A stretch of DNA of 64,000 nt, taken from Chrysemys picta bellii (Eukaryota). Within the stretch, counting starts at the first letter, position 1. Every line of letters begins with the position of its first letter. Under the pieces are notes generated by a model. The model was not told the DNA's origin, ran no database searches, and saw nothing but the letters and a program-made list of their open reading frames with translations. Made by a program: the position numbers and the translations under genes. Location: NCBI RefSeq assembly GCF_011386835.1, contig NC_088813.1:13392001-13456000 (forward strand), written 5' to 3'. Shown piece by piece: positions 1 through 12,160 of the stretch.

Positions 1-721
1 CAATTCCCCTGAATGAGAGACTCCGAGGCAGCATGCAGGAATGTCCACATGGCTGCAGAACTCTGAACCCTTAGCACTAGGATACAACTGCTGCATCTAC
101 AGAGAACTAGAATGTCTCGATTATATTATAGCAACTCACAACTGCATCTTCACTGATATATGGTAGTCTAGCACCCAGGAATCTCCAGCACAGGGATAAC
201 AGCATCACTTCTGCTATATCACAACCCTGCACCAGGGATCCTCCAATATAATTAGGTTACATTGGCTCACCATGGCAAACAACAAACCAAATCATATGTA
301 ATTTCCAACAAGCTCTCTCTCATTGAGTGTATTTAGTATTTTATTTTTAACAACACAGTGAGGAGTCTATATGCTGTTGGGCCAAATTAATACAAAAAAA
401 TTAGTAACTGAAAATGTTTGGAACATCAACTCCTTCATTCTTAAAACCCTTCAGAAGTAATATTGTGAAACCTATATCAACCCCCCAAAAGATGGGGCAA
501 AAGCACTAGGACATCATTCCTCAATGACGTTCTAGTCAAATGGTCCTCCTAAAATGTGGTGCTGGTGCACATGCACTTTCACAGCGGTACTAAAGTGTTA
601 AAGGGACACCTTAACTATTGGGGTGGATTTGCAATCACAACTTTTTTTTTAAATGCTTTTCTTCTTTCTCGTCCCCAAGTGAAAACCCCCACACAACCCC
701 TGGAGAAACTGACTACCCACA

Positions 722-1316
722 ACCACCAGCAACACCATCACAGGACCTAACCAGATCAGCTACAACATCACCGGCTCATTCACCTGCACGTCCACCAATG
801 TTATATATGCCATCATATGCCAGCAATGCCCCTCTGCTATGTACATTGGCCAAACTGGACAGTCACTACGCAAGAGGATAAATGGACACAATCCAGATAT
901 CAGGAATGGCAATATACAAAAACCTGTAGGAGAACACTTCAACCTCCCTGGCCACACAATAGCAGATGTAAAGGTAGCCATCTTACAGCAAAAAAACTTC
1001 AGGACCAGACTCCAAAGAGAAACTGCTGAGCTCCAGTTCATTTGCAAATTTGACACCATCAGATCAGGATTAAACAAAGACTGTGAATGGCTATCCAACT
1101 ACAGAAGCAGTTTCTCCTCCCTTGGCGTTCACACCTCAACTGCTAGCAGAGCAACTCACCCTCCCTGATTGAGCTAACCTCGTTATCTCCATACTGATTT
1201 ATACCTGCCTCTGGAAATTTCCATTACTTGCATCTGAAGAAGTGAGGTTCTTACCCACGAAAGCTTATGCTCCCTATACTTCTGTTAGTCTTAAAGGTGC
1301 CACAGGACCCTCTGTT
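722..1316 (+). mobile_element. 5'-truncated Penelope-like retroelement (GIY-YIG endonuclease C-terminus, 3' UTR, hammerhead)
   Basis: Reads NVIYAIICQQCPSAMYIGQTGQSLRKRINGH...HFNLPGH...RETAELQFICKFDT (GIY-YIG motif with Cys/His residues; ORF 839-1168). Perfect 14-bp TSD ACTGACTACCCACA at 708-721 and 1317-1330. Confidence 0.92.
1230..1270 (+). ncRNA. Minimal type I hammerhead ribozyme motif (PLE-associated), canonical core
   Basis: GCAT-CTGAAGA-A-GTGAG..CCCAC-GAAA-GCTT-ATGC: stem I GCAT/ATGC, CUGANGA and GAAA boxes, palindromic AAGCTT in place of stem III. Confidence 0.8.
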
Positions 1317-2039
1317 ACTGACTACCCACAGGAAACAGTGACTCTGACTACACCCAAAGTACAGTCAAATGCACAAGGGTTCAGTGGTTCGGACACTAGC
1401 GTGGCACTTGAGGGCAATTCCTTGCTTCATCATAGATATCTTGTCACTTCATTTCTCCATGCTTCAGCTCCCCAGCTCAAAACTGGGGATAACAACACTG
1501 TCCTACCACACAGCAGTGTTGTGCAGACGAACACATGAAAGACTGAAATGCTCAAACGCCACAGTAACGGAGGCCATATAAGTACCTAAGATAGATAGAT
1601 TAGATGGGATCAACAAACTGAATAAAAAGAAATATGATTGGTTCGTCTCATTTCCCGTGATCTTAGTCGTTATTTGTAACAACAGTAGGTAAATTATTTT
1701 CAGACAGAAGCGTGGTGATGGAGTCCCCTTCACTAGATTGTATCCTTCTAATACTGTAGTAACCCTTACGGGTTAACTAGACTCACTGTACCCTTCCATT
1801 CTCCAGGTGCCAACAGAGATTTCAGTGATAAGATTTATTTCTTTGAATAAACAGGAGAGAGGAACTTGGCCAAGCAGCTGTATGGAAGATTTTGCTGTTT
1901 AAAAGTAACAGTAGGGGTAATAGTACTTTGTAGGGACAGGGAGGGGCTCCCATAGCACAAGGCCTGAGCTGGTAAAGCAATAAAACAGCAGCAGTCAGAG
2001 GAGAATAGGGGAAGAAGGTACCTCAAGCCAGGGAGTCAA

Positions 2040-2460
2040 ACACACCAGGGTTGCAAGTTTCAAACCAGCAGAAGGAAATACCTTTCATGCAACACAGAGT
2101 TAGCTTGTGAGCTCCTTGCAACAAGGTATCATAGCAGCCAAGAGCTTAGCAGGATTCTTTCTTTTTTTGGTTAAAGTTTGGACGTTTTGATGGATAATTA
2201 GAACATCCAGGGATACAAAAGAGAGGATTTAAAAAAAAAACACCACTTTTGGAAGGGATCTAATACCCACCTACTTCAAGGCACAAGGCCACCTCTGACT
2301 CATGGGGGGGAAAGGAAGAAAGCTTCCCCATGGGTCGGTGATCCAAGAACTGCCTACTGCAGAATTAATTTCACCTTTCTCTGACGCAGCTCAGCTGGTA
2401 CTGGCCAGTCAGAGTCAGAATATTTGACTAGACGGATCACTGAGTTCTCCATTATGGGAC
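2040..2460 (+). mobile_element. Old CR1-clade LINE 3' fragment
   Basis: Degenerate resemblance to CR1 ORF2 end/3' UTR (aaggaaatacctttcatgcaacacagagttagcttgtgagctccttgcaacaagg); edges approximate. Confidence 0.4.
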
Positions 2461-3179
2461 TTCCTCCATTTTTACATTCTGGTTATTTCAGTGCTCAGTC
2501 ACCCAGCCCTAGTTTACACCCAAATCCTGAACAGAGACCAAAGCTCAGGGGAACTAGATCCTGACCCAGCCCTGACCCATGCCTCCCCTTGACTTCACTG
2601 GAATGATTTGTTCACTCTTCAGACCCTGTACACTCCTGCCATTTTCTAACCTATGTCTGCACCCCCTCCCCAGGGGAGAAGGGCTCTTACCCCAGCGTGG
2701 ACACAGGAGGAAATGTTTCCACATGCATCCCAGCCACCCCTTCCATAACCAAATCTAAGTCTTCATAATGGGCAAGGGCATGCGAGGCAAAGATGAAGAG
2801 TCACAACCCTGGGTTGCATTTCTGCTGCAGGACATGGTACTTCCCAGGATTCCAGGCTGATCTTTGGAAGGGCCTGAAGTACCTCCCCAAACCAGAGAAA
2901 TATAAAAAGATCAGCAGACACCACCAGCAACCTGTACAATCAGAACCCTAGAGGCCAACCCAGACCTGCCTAACTCCAGACTGTTCCTCCATCAGTCCTG
3001 GCCTGTCGCCTCCTGCTTGGTAACTGGAAAATTCACAGGCTCAGGCAAAACATATTACTGATAGGTCCACCCCTGTCATCAGCTAAAGGCAGACCTAGCC
3101 TCCATACCAGTCAGTATTTCAGGCAGTGGCAGCTGAGTGTTACCTGACTCCAGTGCACATAAGAAACTAATCAATAACT

Positions 3180-3415
3180 TAGCACTTTGATAGCTGTCAC
3201 TCTTTCCATCTTCAAAGCGCTGCCCAAACATTATTGAAGAATCTGCACAGCAGCCCCTCAGTGACGTAGGGAAGTGTTTACTCCCCTCATTTTACAGAGG
3301 ACTACGACATTGAAACACACACCGTGACATGCCCAAGGTCACATAAGAAGTCAGTAATGGACCGGGCTTCCTACCTTGCAGCCCAGTGCTTAGTCCCCTG
3401 GTCCATGCTGCCTTC
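3180..3415 (-). mobile_element. MIR/CORE-SINE-like relic
   Basis: ctcattttacagagg...gacatgcccaaggtcacat core motif. Confidence 0.5.
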
Positions 3416-4190
3416 ATGGCCACATCATTAGAATGCAAATGGCAAAGCAGCTGGGATAGGAAGGGTTAAACAGGGTGTGGTCCCTTCATGTTTTGCATTT
3501 TGGAAGCGAGCATGTTATTAGAACAGACAAAGTGATTGAATCGGGCACGCAAACTGCAATCATTTCATATGCATGTTGTTTCTACCAATCCACACCTCTC
3601 TCCCCGTCACACCAAGAAATGGCTGCACTACGGAAACATGGCAAGGAACTCTAAGCCCGGTGTACATGCTCCATGGCACACACATACACGGCCTGCAGCC
3701 TCCCACGCAAAAGGGAGATGGTTTCATACTCATAGCAGAGCAGAGCAAGGCATGCAGCTAGTTTACAGGTCTCGGGAAGTGGGGCATTTAAAGCAGTTTG
3801 AGTGGGCACAGAGCAGATATCCAGTTTACACTTGTCAAAGAGCTGGCCAGTGATGTTGGAAGCATAATGCTGGACTCCTAGCTGGCATTAACAACACACG
3901 GCCAGTGTCCATAAGAAAGGTGCATGTCTAGTAAAATGAGAGCCAGGGTCTCTTATGTTCTGATCCCAACTCTGGCAATGACTGGTTGTATAGGCCCTGT
4001 TTTGAAAATTAGGAATGGAATTGATGCCAGTATTGGTGGGGCACCGCAGTGAGGAATATCACACTGGGTGGACTATTATATTCAGGTTCTTATGCTTTGC
4101 CCATCAGCCTGGAATCTGAGCACCTAGCATGAGGGGAAAGCTGCAGCCAGACATGTCTGACGGGACGTGCTGGTAGCATCTTATGAGACT

Positions 4191-4337
4191 AGGAATACTT
4201 GTGGCACCTTAGAGACTAACAAATTTATTAGAGCATAAGCTTTCGTGGACTACAGCCCACTTCTTCGGATGCATATAAGTACTCCTGTTCTTCTTTTTGC
4301 GGATACAGACTAACACAGCTGCTACTCTGAAACCTGT
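4191..4337. mobile_element. Short PLE insertion with internal inversion; hammerhead-like motif on minus strand (4233-4272)
   Basis: First part is the reverse complement of the PLE 3' end, second part is the direct tail (aagtactcctgttcttctttttgcggatacagac). TSD (T)CTTATGAGACT at 4179-4190 and 4338-4349. Confidence 0.88.
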
Positions 4338-5399
4338 TCTTATGAGACTGTTAGGTGAAAACTCAGCCACCTTCCAAAGATCTCTTTGAAAGAGCAACTT
4401 GCATTTCCATGGCTGTCCCCTCTTAGCACAGCTCTCTGTGTGCTCTTGAAAGCAATAACTGACAGACCAGTAAAAGAGCAACTGAGTGTTGATAAAAACA
4501 GCAACTCCCCACATTATGGATACCTGCAAATTAAACTAATTAATGCCCAGCGAGGGAGCCAGGGCAGTAATACTGGACAATGAATCATGGTGTGAGGCAC
4601 GCCTCTGGATGGATTACCACAGGAATCTAGATCCCCTTTTCCAAAACGCCAGGCAGAAGAGACTTCATTTTGATGTCCTAACAGGTGGGCGGAGACACTA
4701 GCATACATAGGGTCCCTAACACCACATCCCAGAACTGGCAGAATACCTCCAGATTAGAAGGGACAACACCTCGAGCAGTACTTCGCTCTTACTACATGTA
4801 TACTGGGCCATATGCAAATGGAGAAAGGCCATGTTAAGAAGAACAGCACCTCCAGCAACACAGCATCACCTAGCAGTGAGGGCTGGAATCGGGTGTATAA
4901 TCCTGGGATGAAGGGCTGAGCTCCTCGTAGCATGGCACCCCATAACATCACACACTGGAGCAGTGGAGGGTATGAGCATAGCATGGGTTTGATAGCTGTG
5001 CCCTCTCTGAGGGATCGTATCCTGCCCTGCAGAAGGGTGGAGTTGTTGATCTAACAGGCCTTTGCCATTTTCAGCTATGATCTTACATCCAGGCTTTGAA
5101 GGCCTGCCTCCAGCAGCAGAGCAGCCCCTACCGCCACCCTGAAGTAGTGGGGAGGAATTACATCCAGGTCACCAAGGCCAGCACCTCGGCCTGGCTGGGG
5201 ATGTTGGCAGTAGGCCGCCAGCAAGAGGCCACACCTGGAGCAGCCCAACTCCCGCGAACACCATGCTGAGGAGGAGGAATCTGGATTTGCTCCAGGTTTC
5301 TTCCAGTCTATGTGACCTTCTGACTCAGCAGAGAGAGAACAGACCCAGTGAACCGGCAACATCCCTTAGGGGAGGAATGAGATTACACAGGGCGCCTGG

Positions 5400-6800
5400 C
5401 ATTCCCGATTACAGGGAACCGGAACGGGCCTGCTGCAGTAGCCATAACACGAGCGAGGGCAACGAGCAGCTAGTCCCCTCGCAGGGCTCCTCAAGGCTGG
5501 CCACACACCAGCGCAGGGGGCAGAGGGGAAAGTCTCGGTGGCATGAAGGGGAGGGAGGAGAGACCCAGCCAGCAAACAGCCCCTTTCCCAATGCCCAGGC
5601 ACCCACTCCTCCAGGGGCAGCCCCTGCCCTACCTTTGCCCTTCTTGGCTCGCTCCTCCTGCTTCTTTCCCTTAGAGGGCGCCTCCCCCTCCGCTGGGGGC
5701 GCCCCATGGTGGGCGTTGGAGCCGCTGCTCTTCTTCTTCTTCCTCTTGCCCCGAAGCCAGCTGAAAGCCCAGCGCAGGCTGGAGGAGCCAGACTTGGGCT
5801 TCTTCTTCCTCGGGGGCCCCTGCGCGGAAGGCACGTCCCCTTTTTCCTGTCCGCCGGCGGGGAGCCAGGTGTCCTCAGCCGCCGCAGGTGCCTCCTGCGA
5901 GCGCCTCCCGGACATCTCCGGGCAGGGGAGGGTGGGTCGCCGAAAGCCCCGCTTCACGGGGAGAGCTCGCCTCGGCTACGCTCCGCCCGGGGGAGCCACC
6001 GCAGGACGCGAGCTCCCCATCCGGGGTGGGGTGAAGCGCCTCCCCTCCCAGTCTCCCGTGCCCCACGCCGGAGCCTCCTCTCCCGTGCGCCCCAGCCCGC
6101 CAGGCTCCCGCCTCTCCCCTGCGCCCAGGGCTCCGGGCCCCCCTCACCTGCCCCGGGACACCCCCCGCGTTCCCCCTTCCCCGTGCGCCCCAGCCCAGGC
6201 TCCCCGTCCCCCCGGGGCTGTTCTGCTCCGGGTCCGCTCTGCGCCCGGCTGCACAAGGCGCCAAGGAAGCAGCCGGGGAAAGTTTCTCCCGGACGGGCGG
6301 GCGGGCGTGTGTGGAGCGGGCGGGGCCTGCCGAGCGCGCTGGGGTGTGGAGAGGCTCTGCCCCCGGCCCCTCACTCCGCCTCCCCGGCTGCCCGGCCCCG
6401 GCCCGGGGCTCCGCGAACGCTCCGCAGAGTGCGCTCCCTAGCCCGCGCAGGGCGCACCGGAGAGGGGCCCGGGCTGAGCTACCCATCCCGGCCCGCTGCC
6501 AGGGAGCGCGGCGGCAGGTAGGAGCCCCGGCGGCGGCCTAGGCGGAATAGGTCGGTGGGAGGGCCTCGGGGAGATGCCTAGCGGAGGAAGGGGGCTGACC
6601 CCGAGGGTAGGGAGTGTGGGGCTAGGAAGCTGAGCTGCCCCTGAGGAAGGGGAGGTGCGTGGGCCAGAGGAGGGCTGTATTGTGGGGGGCAGCAGGGGGC
6701 AGGTTAAAATGGGGGGGGGGGTTATCTCCTCCTCCAGGCTGGGGAGGGGCACCGTGCTTCCGAGCCAACCACCCCTGGCTCTGCGGAGGCTCCGAGCCCG
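5400..6800. promoter_or_regulatory. CpG island / NHSL3 promoter region
   Basis: Very GC- and CpG-rich block around the NHSL3 first coding exon. Confidence 0.85.
5633..5915 (-). CDS. NHSL3: NHS-like 3 (KIAA1522) first coding exon; remaining exons lie left of the window
   Basis: ATG 5915: MSGRRSQEAPAAAEDTW...GPPRKKKPKSGSSSLRWAFSWLRGKRKKKK...EERAKKGK; phase-1 donor AAAG|GTAGGG. Resembles the recalled human N-terminus (GPPRRKKSRSGASGLRRAFSWLRGKRRKKK); synteny next to SYNC-RBBP4. Confidence 0.82.
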
Positions 6801-7314
6801 GGAGCAGGCTGGAGAGAGAGAGGCCCCATTGTGACTGTCTGATTAGAGGGGAGCGGTGGGGCGAGGATTACACCAGCAGGATGCAGTGCCTGGCTCTGGG
6901 CAGGATGGGTAATTCCCCCCCCCCCAGCTTTCTCCCTTCCCCTCTGCCTCCCCCACGCGCTTGCCCTGGTGTGTGTTTGGAGGAGGGGGTGTCTGCATTG
7001 AGATTACGGGGTCATCTTTAAACGAAAGAATTATCGCTTTTTATTGAACCTTTCCCTTTGCATTTTATTAAAATTGGCTCCTGAGCCCCATCACATGGGA
7101 GCCTGGGGGCATTTCCAGCATCCCTTGTAAAAAAACGAATCTCCTATTCTAGCCATGGTGGGTTTGGTCAGTTTTTTAAATCTAAAACCCCAGCAGTCAC
7201 AGCATTTAAAATGGAAGTGAGTGTGGGGTCTATTGGTTAGAGCTGGCACTATGAGCTTATATCTGGAGGACTGGGGGTTAGGACTCCTAGGTTCTACTAC
7301 TGAGGTCTTGGACA

Positions 7315-7500
7315 GGAGTATAGTCTAATGGTTAAAGCAAGAGATTGGGAGTTCCATCTAATCTGCTGCCAATGGGGATATCAGCACTCCTGAATTCTTG
7401 TGTGATCATGGGCAAGTCCGTGCCTCAGTTTCACTATCTGAAAAATGGTAAGTAAAAACATTTTAAGCTTCACCACTCACCTTTCAGGGCTTTACAGGAT
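7315..7500 (+). mobile_element. MIR/CORE-SINE-like relic
   Basis: gtctaatggttaaagc head and gggcaagtccgtgcctcagtttcactatctgaaaaatgg core. Confidence 0.55.
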
Positions 7501-8034
7501 CTTCAGAAGAGGTGCAAGTTATATACAATAATATAAAGTCAGTGCAACGGAATGAGAAGGGAGAGATTACTTCCAATTTCATGACTGTTCTTTTCCCCTT
7601 TTATTGCAGGTAGCCTGGTACCACAGTGGTGCTTTGAACTGAAGTCCTGAAACTTGATGTATCCTGGAAGCAAAGCACAGTCTTATTGTTTCATGAATGA
7701 TGACAAAGCTAATCAAGGGGACACTTCCTGAGCATAATTGGGGAACTGATAGCCTGGATGTGACCAGGGTCATTAACCCTCTGTTGGTCATTCATTCCTA
7801 GTAAATGCCTTGTGTCAAGCTCCGGCTTGTTGTTTATAAGTCTCAATTGGAAAATAAAAAGATATTGGGTCTTTAATTGTTTGATGCAGTTTTATTAGTC
7901 TGTATTTATAAAACAAGTAAATGTAAGATACAATTTGAGAAGAAAAGTTCTGCCTGTCAGGTGCAAAAAGCCCACACCTAGCAGAGCAGAGTTTAGACTG
8001 GGAGTGGATGGGTCATTATACAAACTAAAAACCG

Positions 8035-8295
8035 ACAGGTTTCAGAATAGCAGCCGTGTCAGTCTGTATCCGCAAAAAGAACAGGAGTACTTGTGGCACC
8101 TTAGAGACTAACAAATTTATTATTTCCCCATGCTAATTTTTCCTCTACTGTTACTCACACCTTCTTGTCAAATGTTTGAAATGGGCCATCCTGATTATCA
8201 CGACAAAAGTTTTTTTTTCTCCTGCTGATAATAGCCTACCTTAATTGATTATTCTTTTTAGAGTTGGTATGGCAACCCCTATTTTTTCATGTTCT

Positions 8296-8330
<35 letters not shown>

Positions 8331-8490
8331 CACACAATCTTCCTACTGTATTTCCCACTGCATGCATATGATGAAGTGGGTTTTAGCCCATGAAAGCGTA
8401 TGCCCAAATAAATTTGTTAGTCTCTAAGGTGCCCCAAGGACTCCTCATTCTTTTTGCTGATACAGACTAACCCGGCTACACTCTGATACT
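8035..8490. mobile_element. PLE 3' end with inverted terminal copy; degenerate hammerhead motif at 8364-8403
   Basis: 8035-8119 is the reverse complement of the tail at about 8408-8490; internal PLE 3' UTR with a (TG)n tract; core reads ATGATGA. Confidence 0.85.
8297..8326. repeat. (TG)n microsatellite
   Basis: Direct dinucleotide run. Confidence 0.9.
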
Positions 8491-10854
8491 TCGTGTATGT
8501 CTGTCAGAATTATAAGTGAGTGGATCCAAAGCTACTGGAGATAGTGTTTAATCCCAGACGAATTTACAACTCTCATGCATCCACCTATGCCTGAGAAACA
8601 CAAACATTCCCAGACAGACACAGAACCTTTAGGGGAAGGGGAATGTCAAAGCAGGCTGCCAAAATAGCTGCAGTATGAGTGTTGTGTGTGCGAGCCAGAA
8701 GGATAGCTTGAATCATCCTCTGCTCTCAAGATTCCATTCATCTCCTAATGATGCATCCTAAAGCCACTGAAGGAGCTGTTATGCATCTTGTCAGAGCTAT
8801 TAGTTGGCAGATCTTTGACATGATGCATTGTAATGGCTAGCCATACATCCTGTCAGCCTGCCGCTTGCAATATTATTGTGTTAAAACAAAGGGGTGGGCT
8901 ACAAACCTTGCAAGAAAGCAGAAGCTAATTTTCTGTGTTACAGTGCTATGTGACAAACAAGTTACCCATGTTTTAAGTTATTGTGCAGATGTATTTTCTA
9001 ACTGTGTAGGCTGCCTGATTGCTCTTTAAAATGCAACCTTTCTTAGAGGCTCAAAACGCTCTGCCTAAAGACGGATGACTTTTTGCCAACTTCTAGAAAT
9101 GGCTAGAAGGATTTTAAACCTCAGTCTCTGGAAACTAGCCCCTGTCTCCTATGGGCTTCCTAGTACGTGTTTGTAGAGCCCTGCAAAGCTGTAGATAGCC
9201 GCGGACCATTTTTGCACATTGCTGATCGGATGTGGACACAAATTTTCTATCCACATATCTGTTTACTGTATCTATTTCATTCACATGGTCCGTTCTTAGG
9301 GTGCATATTCTGTGATTTGTACAATGCTGAGTGTCTTGCTGCTGCTTAACAAATAAACAAAAAGGCTTCTGGACTGGAAATGTGGATACTGTGTAGCCTG
9401 GATTTCCCCATGAGCAGGGCTCTGATTCCCCAAACTTCAATTTTCTTTCATCCACACCGTCCCTCCTCTTAAACTTCTTTACTTAGATCTAAACTATGAC
9501 TGAAGTAAACTATATTTTCCGATTGCTCCTGGTTTTGGCCCTTTCCTCAGCTTGCCTGTTTACTCCATGGTATGTTTAATGTTATCTAGGGGCTATGGTG
9601 TCTTTACCCTCACCCTTCAGTAGGGTCTAATACTGCACCCATCCCCTTTCATCTCTCCTTCCCTTACACCAAAAGGTCTGTGGCCTAGTTACTGACCCCT
9701 GCAACAGTTGCAATTTGTTCCACCTTAACTACTGTGGTATGAGTGGCAACCTTGACATAGTCATCACTATTCCCCTAGGACTGCAACATGGCTCCAGAAG
9801 GATGGATTTCCTGGCTAACCTGGCCCCTCCAAGAGCAGCCCAGTCCCAAAGGAAACAATGATTATATGTGAAATTCACATCTGAGAGAAGCAGCTGTGAG
9901 GAACTCGACCTGCAAAGCTTTTGCTGTGGGCCCATGGGAACAAGCTCCACCAACCCCACCTTGCACAGATCTGGGGTATACAAGCAGAACAAACGTGGTG
10001 TTTGTCAGGAAAAGTGCATGTGACCAATTTAAAAATAACTGAACTTTGCAGGGGAAAAGCTAATCCCTAATTAGGGCTTTTTTTTTTTTTTTTTTTTTTT
10101 ATACTTTGTGCTGCCGGCTGCTAATGAGTCATGAGCCTTCCACAAAGTGATCGTATTTTTCACCTCTTTCCCCTCCTCAAGTGGCAACTGAACCAGTTTG
10201 AAAATATCTTTGCACTCAGTTATGGGGCGTTGTCCAAATAATTATGAAAAGAGAGGCAAGAGAATAACCATTAGCCTGCAGGGAAATCTATCCCATTAGA
10301 TGTGCTAGGGAGGGAAATGAGGGATGAAAACACCCTTTCTGGGATGATTTCTAGAGGGTGACAAAAATGCCCATGTAGTAACTGCAGCCCTTACGTCAGT
10401 CTTATTTTATAGTTATGGCCTGAATCCCATATTATAATAATTGTACCCAGCCCTGTGATTAGTGCTGTTCATTGCTGTGCAAGAGACCAAGTGCTGTAAA
10501 GGTGTATTAACTTTGCTCAGGCCTTTCCACAAGGGTCAGCTTGGCTCTCCCCCCTCTCCCCTCCCCCAAGCTAGTCTATTGTTAATGTCCTACTCAACAG
10601 TCTCCTTTTATAGTCGTGGCACTGGTTAGAGGAGTGATCTATAGGTACTGCTGACCACCTTCTACTGCTGGAGTAGTCAGCACAACACTACAAGAGGACC
10701 CAGAGAGTGGGGGGGGGGGCAACCGCAGTTCTTCCCCAAAAGCCCTGCCCTGCAGAGTCCCATGAGGATTATCCTGCCTAGTCATTTGCAGTATTTACAA
10801 GCCGCGGCTGGAGAGGTGGTGTGATGCTGTGGGTTCCACTGCCAGCAATGCACT

Positions 10855-11760
10855 CATGATACCCAGCTGTGTAACTCATTTTCTGCAGATGCAGCCAAGA
10901 CCATTGCAAGGGTGTCAGAGTGCCTAGAGGAGATCAGTGTCTGGAAAAAAAGAAGCTGGCTCAAACTCAACTCAAGCAAGACCAAAGTGACGCTGGTTGG
11001 GAGGGGAAAATGTTTCCTGGCATGAGTCAGGACACTGACCTCCCCTCCCACTAAAGGCATCTGCCCCCTATTTATTACAGTGGTGCAAAGCCTTGAAGTC
11101 CTGCTGGACTCATCACTAACCCTGGTTGACCAGGCAGTGACAATGTCAAGGAAAACCTTCCAGTGGCAGCTTGCGGGGACATTGCCCTTCCCCTCAGAGG
11201 AGGATCTTCTGGCCTCCCCAATGATCCATGCATTTATTACCCCGACTGGATTTCTGTAACTTACTCTATCTGGGGCTGAAAGTGGAAGCAATGCATAGGC
11301 TCCAGTTTGTGCGGAATACAGCAGCCCGACCCCTCAGTGAGACCAGCCCCTGACAGCACATCACCCCTGTGCACCAATCCCCCCCTACTGGCTCCCAATC
11401 AGTTTCTGCTGACAGTTCAAGGCAATGAGTCTGATTTACAAAACCGTCAGTGGGTCAGAACCCAGCTACATCAATGACCAAATCGCCATCCAAGACCAAA
11501 GTACTTCATCTGGGACAAAGCAGCTGACGAAACCCAGGACAAGGAGTGTGAGGGGAAAAGCAAAAGCATTCTTGTCCCTGGGGGCTTGACCATGGATTGA
11601 GCTATCAGAGGACATCAAAACACATTGCAGGATCCTCAATGACACAGGTTTCTCACAACAACAGCAAGTTTTCTCTCTTATTAAAACTCCAGACACACCC
11701 AAGCCAACTGTCCTTAACCTTGGGACAGGCAAAGAGCAGAATCCTCTGAAGTTTACTATA
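10855..11760 (+). mobile_element. Decayed L2-clade LINE reverse transcriptase C-terminal region
   Basis: Broken frames give DTQL, ECLEEISVW...WLKLNSSKTKV, LLDSSLTL, IHAFIT..LDFCNLLYLGL, HITPV, WLPI, typical of L2/CR1-group ORF2; many frameshifts. Confidence 0.75.
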
Positions 11761-12009
11761 GTTGTTGCAGTGCAGGTCCAAAAGACCTATGCAGCATTTA
11801 AGAAGCTATAGTGATTGGGGGATGGGGGGCAATAGAAAACCTTAAGACAGATGAAGTTCAGATGCTTTTTGCTGGGTTTTGTTCCCTCATTTCCTCTAAC
11901 GCTCCTTTCCCCCATTATATTACCTATTTTAGGTACTACTATGGCCCTCATTATCCCAGTCTCTGAGCCCCTCGCAATCTTTAATGGCTTTATCTTCACA
12001 AGACCCACA

Positions 12010-12160
12010 GTATTATTATCCCCATTTTAAAGATGAGGCCCCAAAGCACAGCGAGACTGAGTGATCTGCCCAAGGTTATAGAGAGTAAGGTGGAATAAAC
12101 ACTGAAGCTGGGACTCAACTCCCAGACTAGATCCCCAACCACTGGACCCTATTTCCTTTC
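12010..12160 (-). mobile_element. MIR/CORE-SINE-like relic
   Basis: attattatccccattttaaagatgagg...gtgatctgcccaaggtt. Confidence 0.6.

Noticed and set aside
1-5632. NHSL3 exon 2 or other alternative first exons
   Set aside because: No NVFFPSGRPP-like or MGNS/MVVF-like reading found on minus; presumably left of the window.
5263-6752. Long ORFs over the NHSL3 CpG island (392, 271, 203 aa and others)
   Set aside because: Pro/Gly/Arg/Ala-rich and open in several frames because GC-rich DNA lacks stops; only the minus frame 5633-5915 has a recognisable homologue and a donor.
7697-7749. C box ATGATGA with CTGA boxes downstream, suggesting a C/D snoRNA
   Set aside because: Too short, no terminal stem, no recognisable guide, and not in an intron of a known host on that strand.
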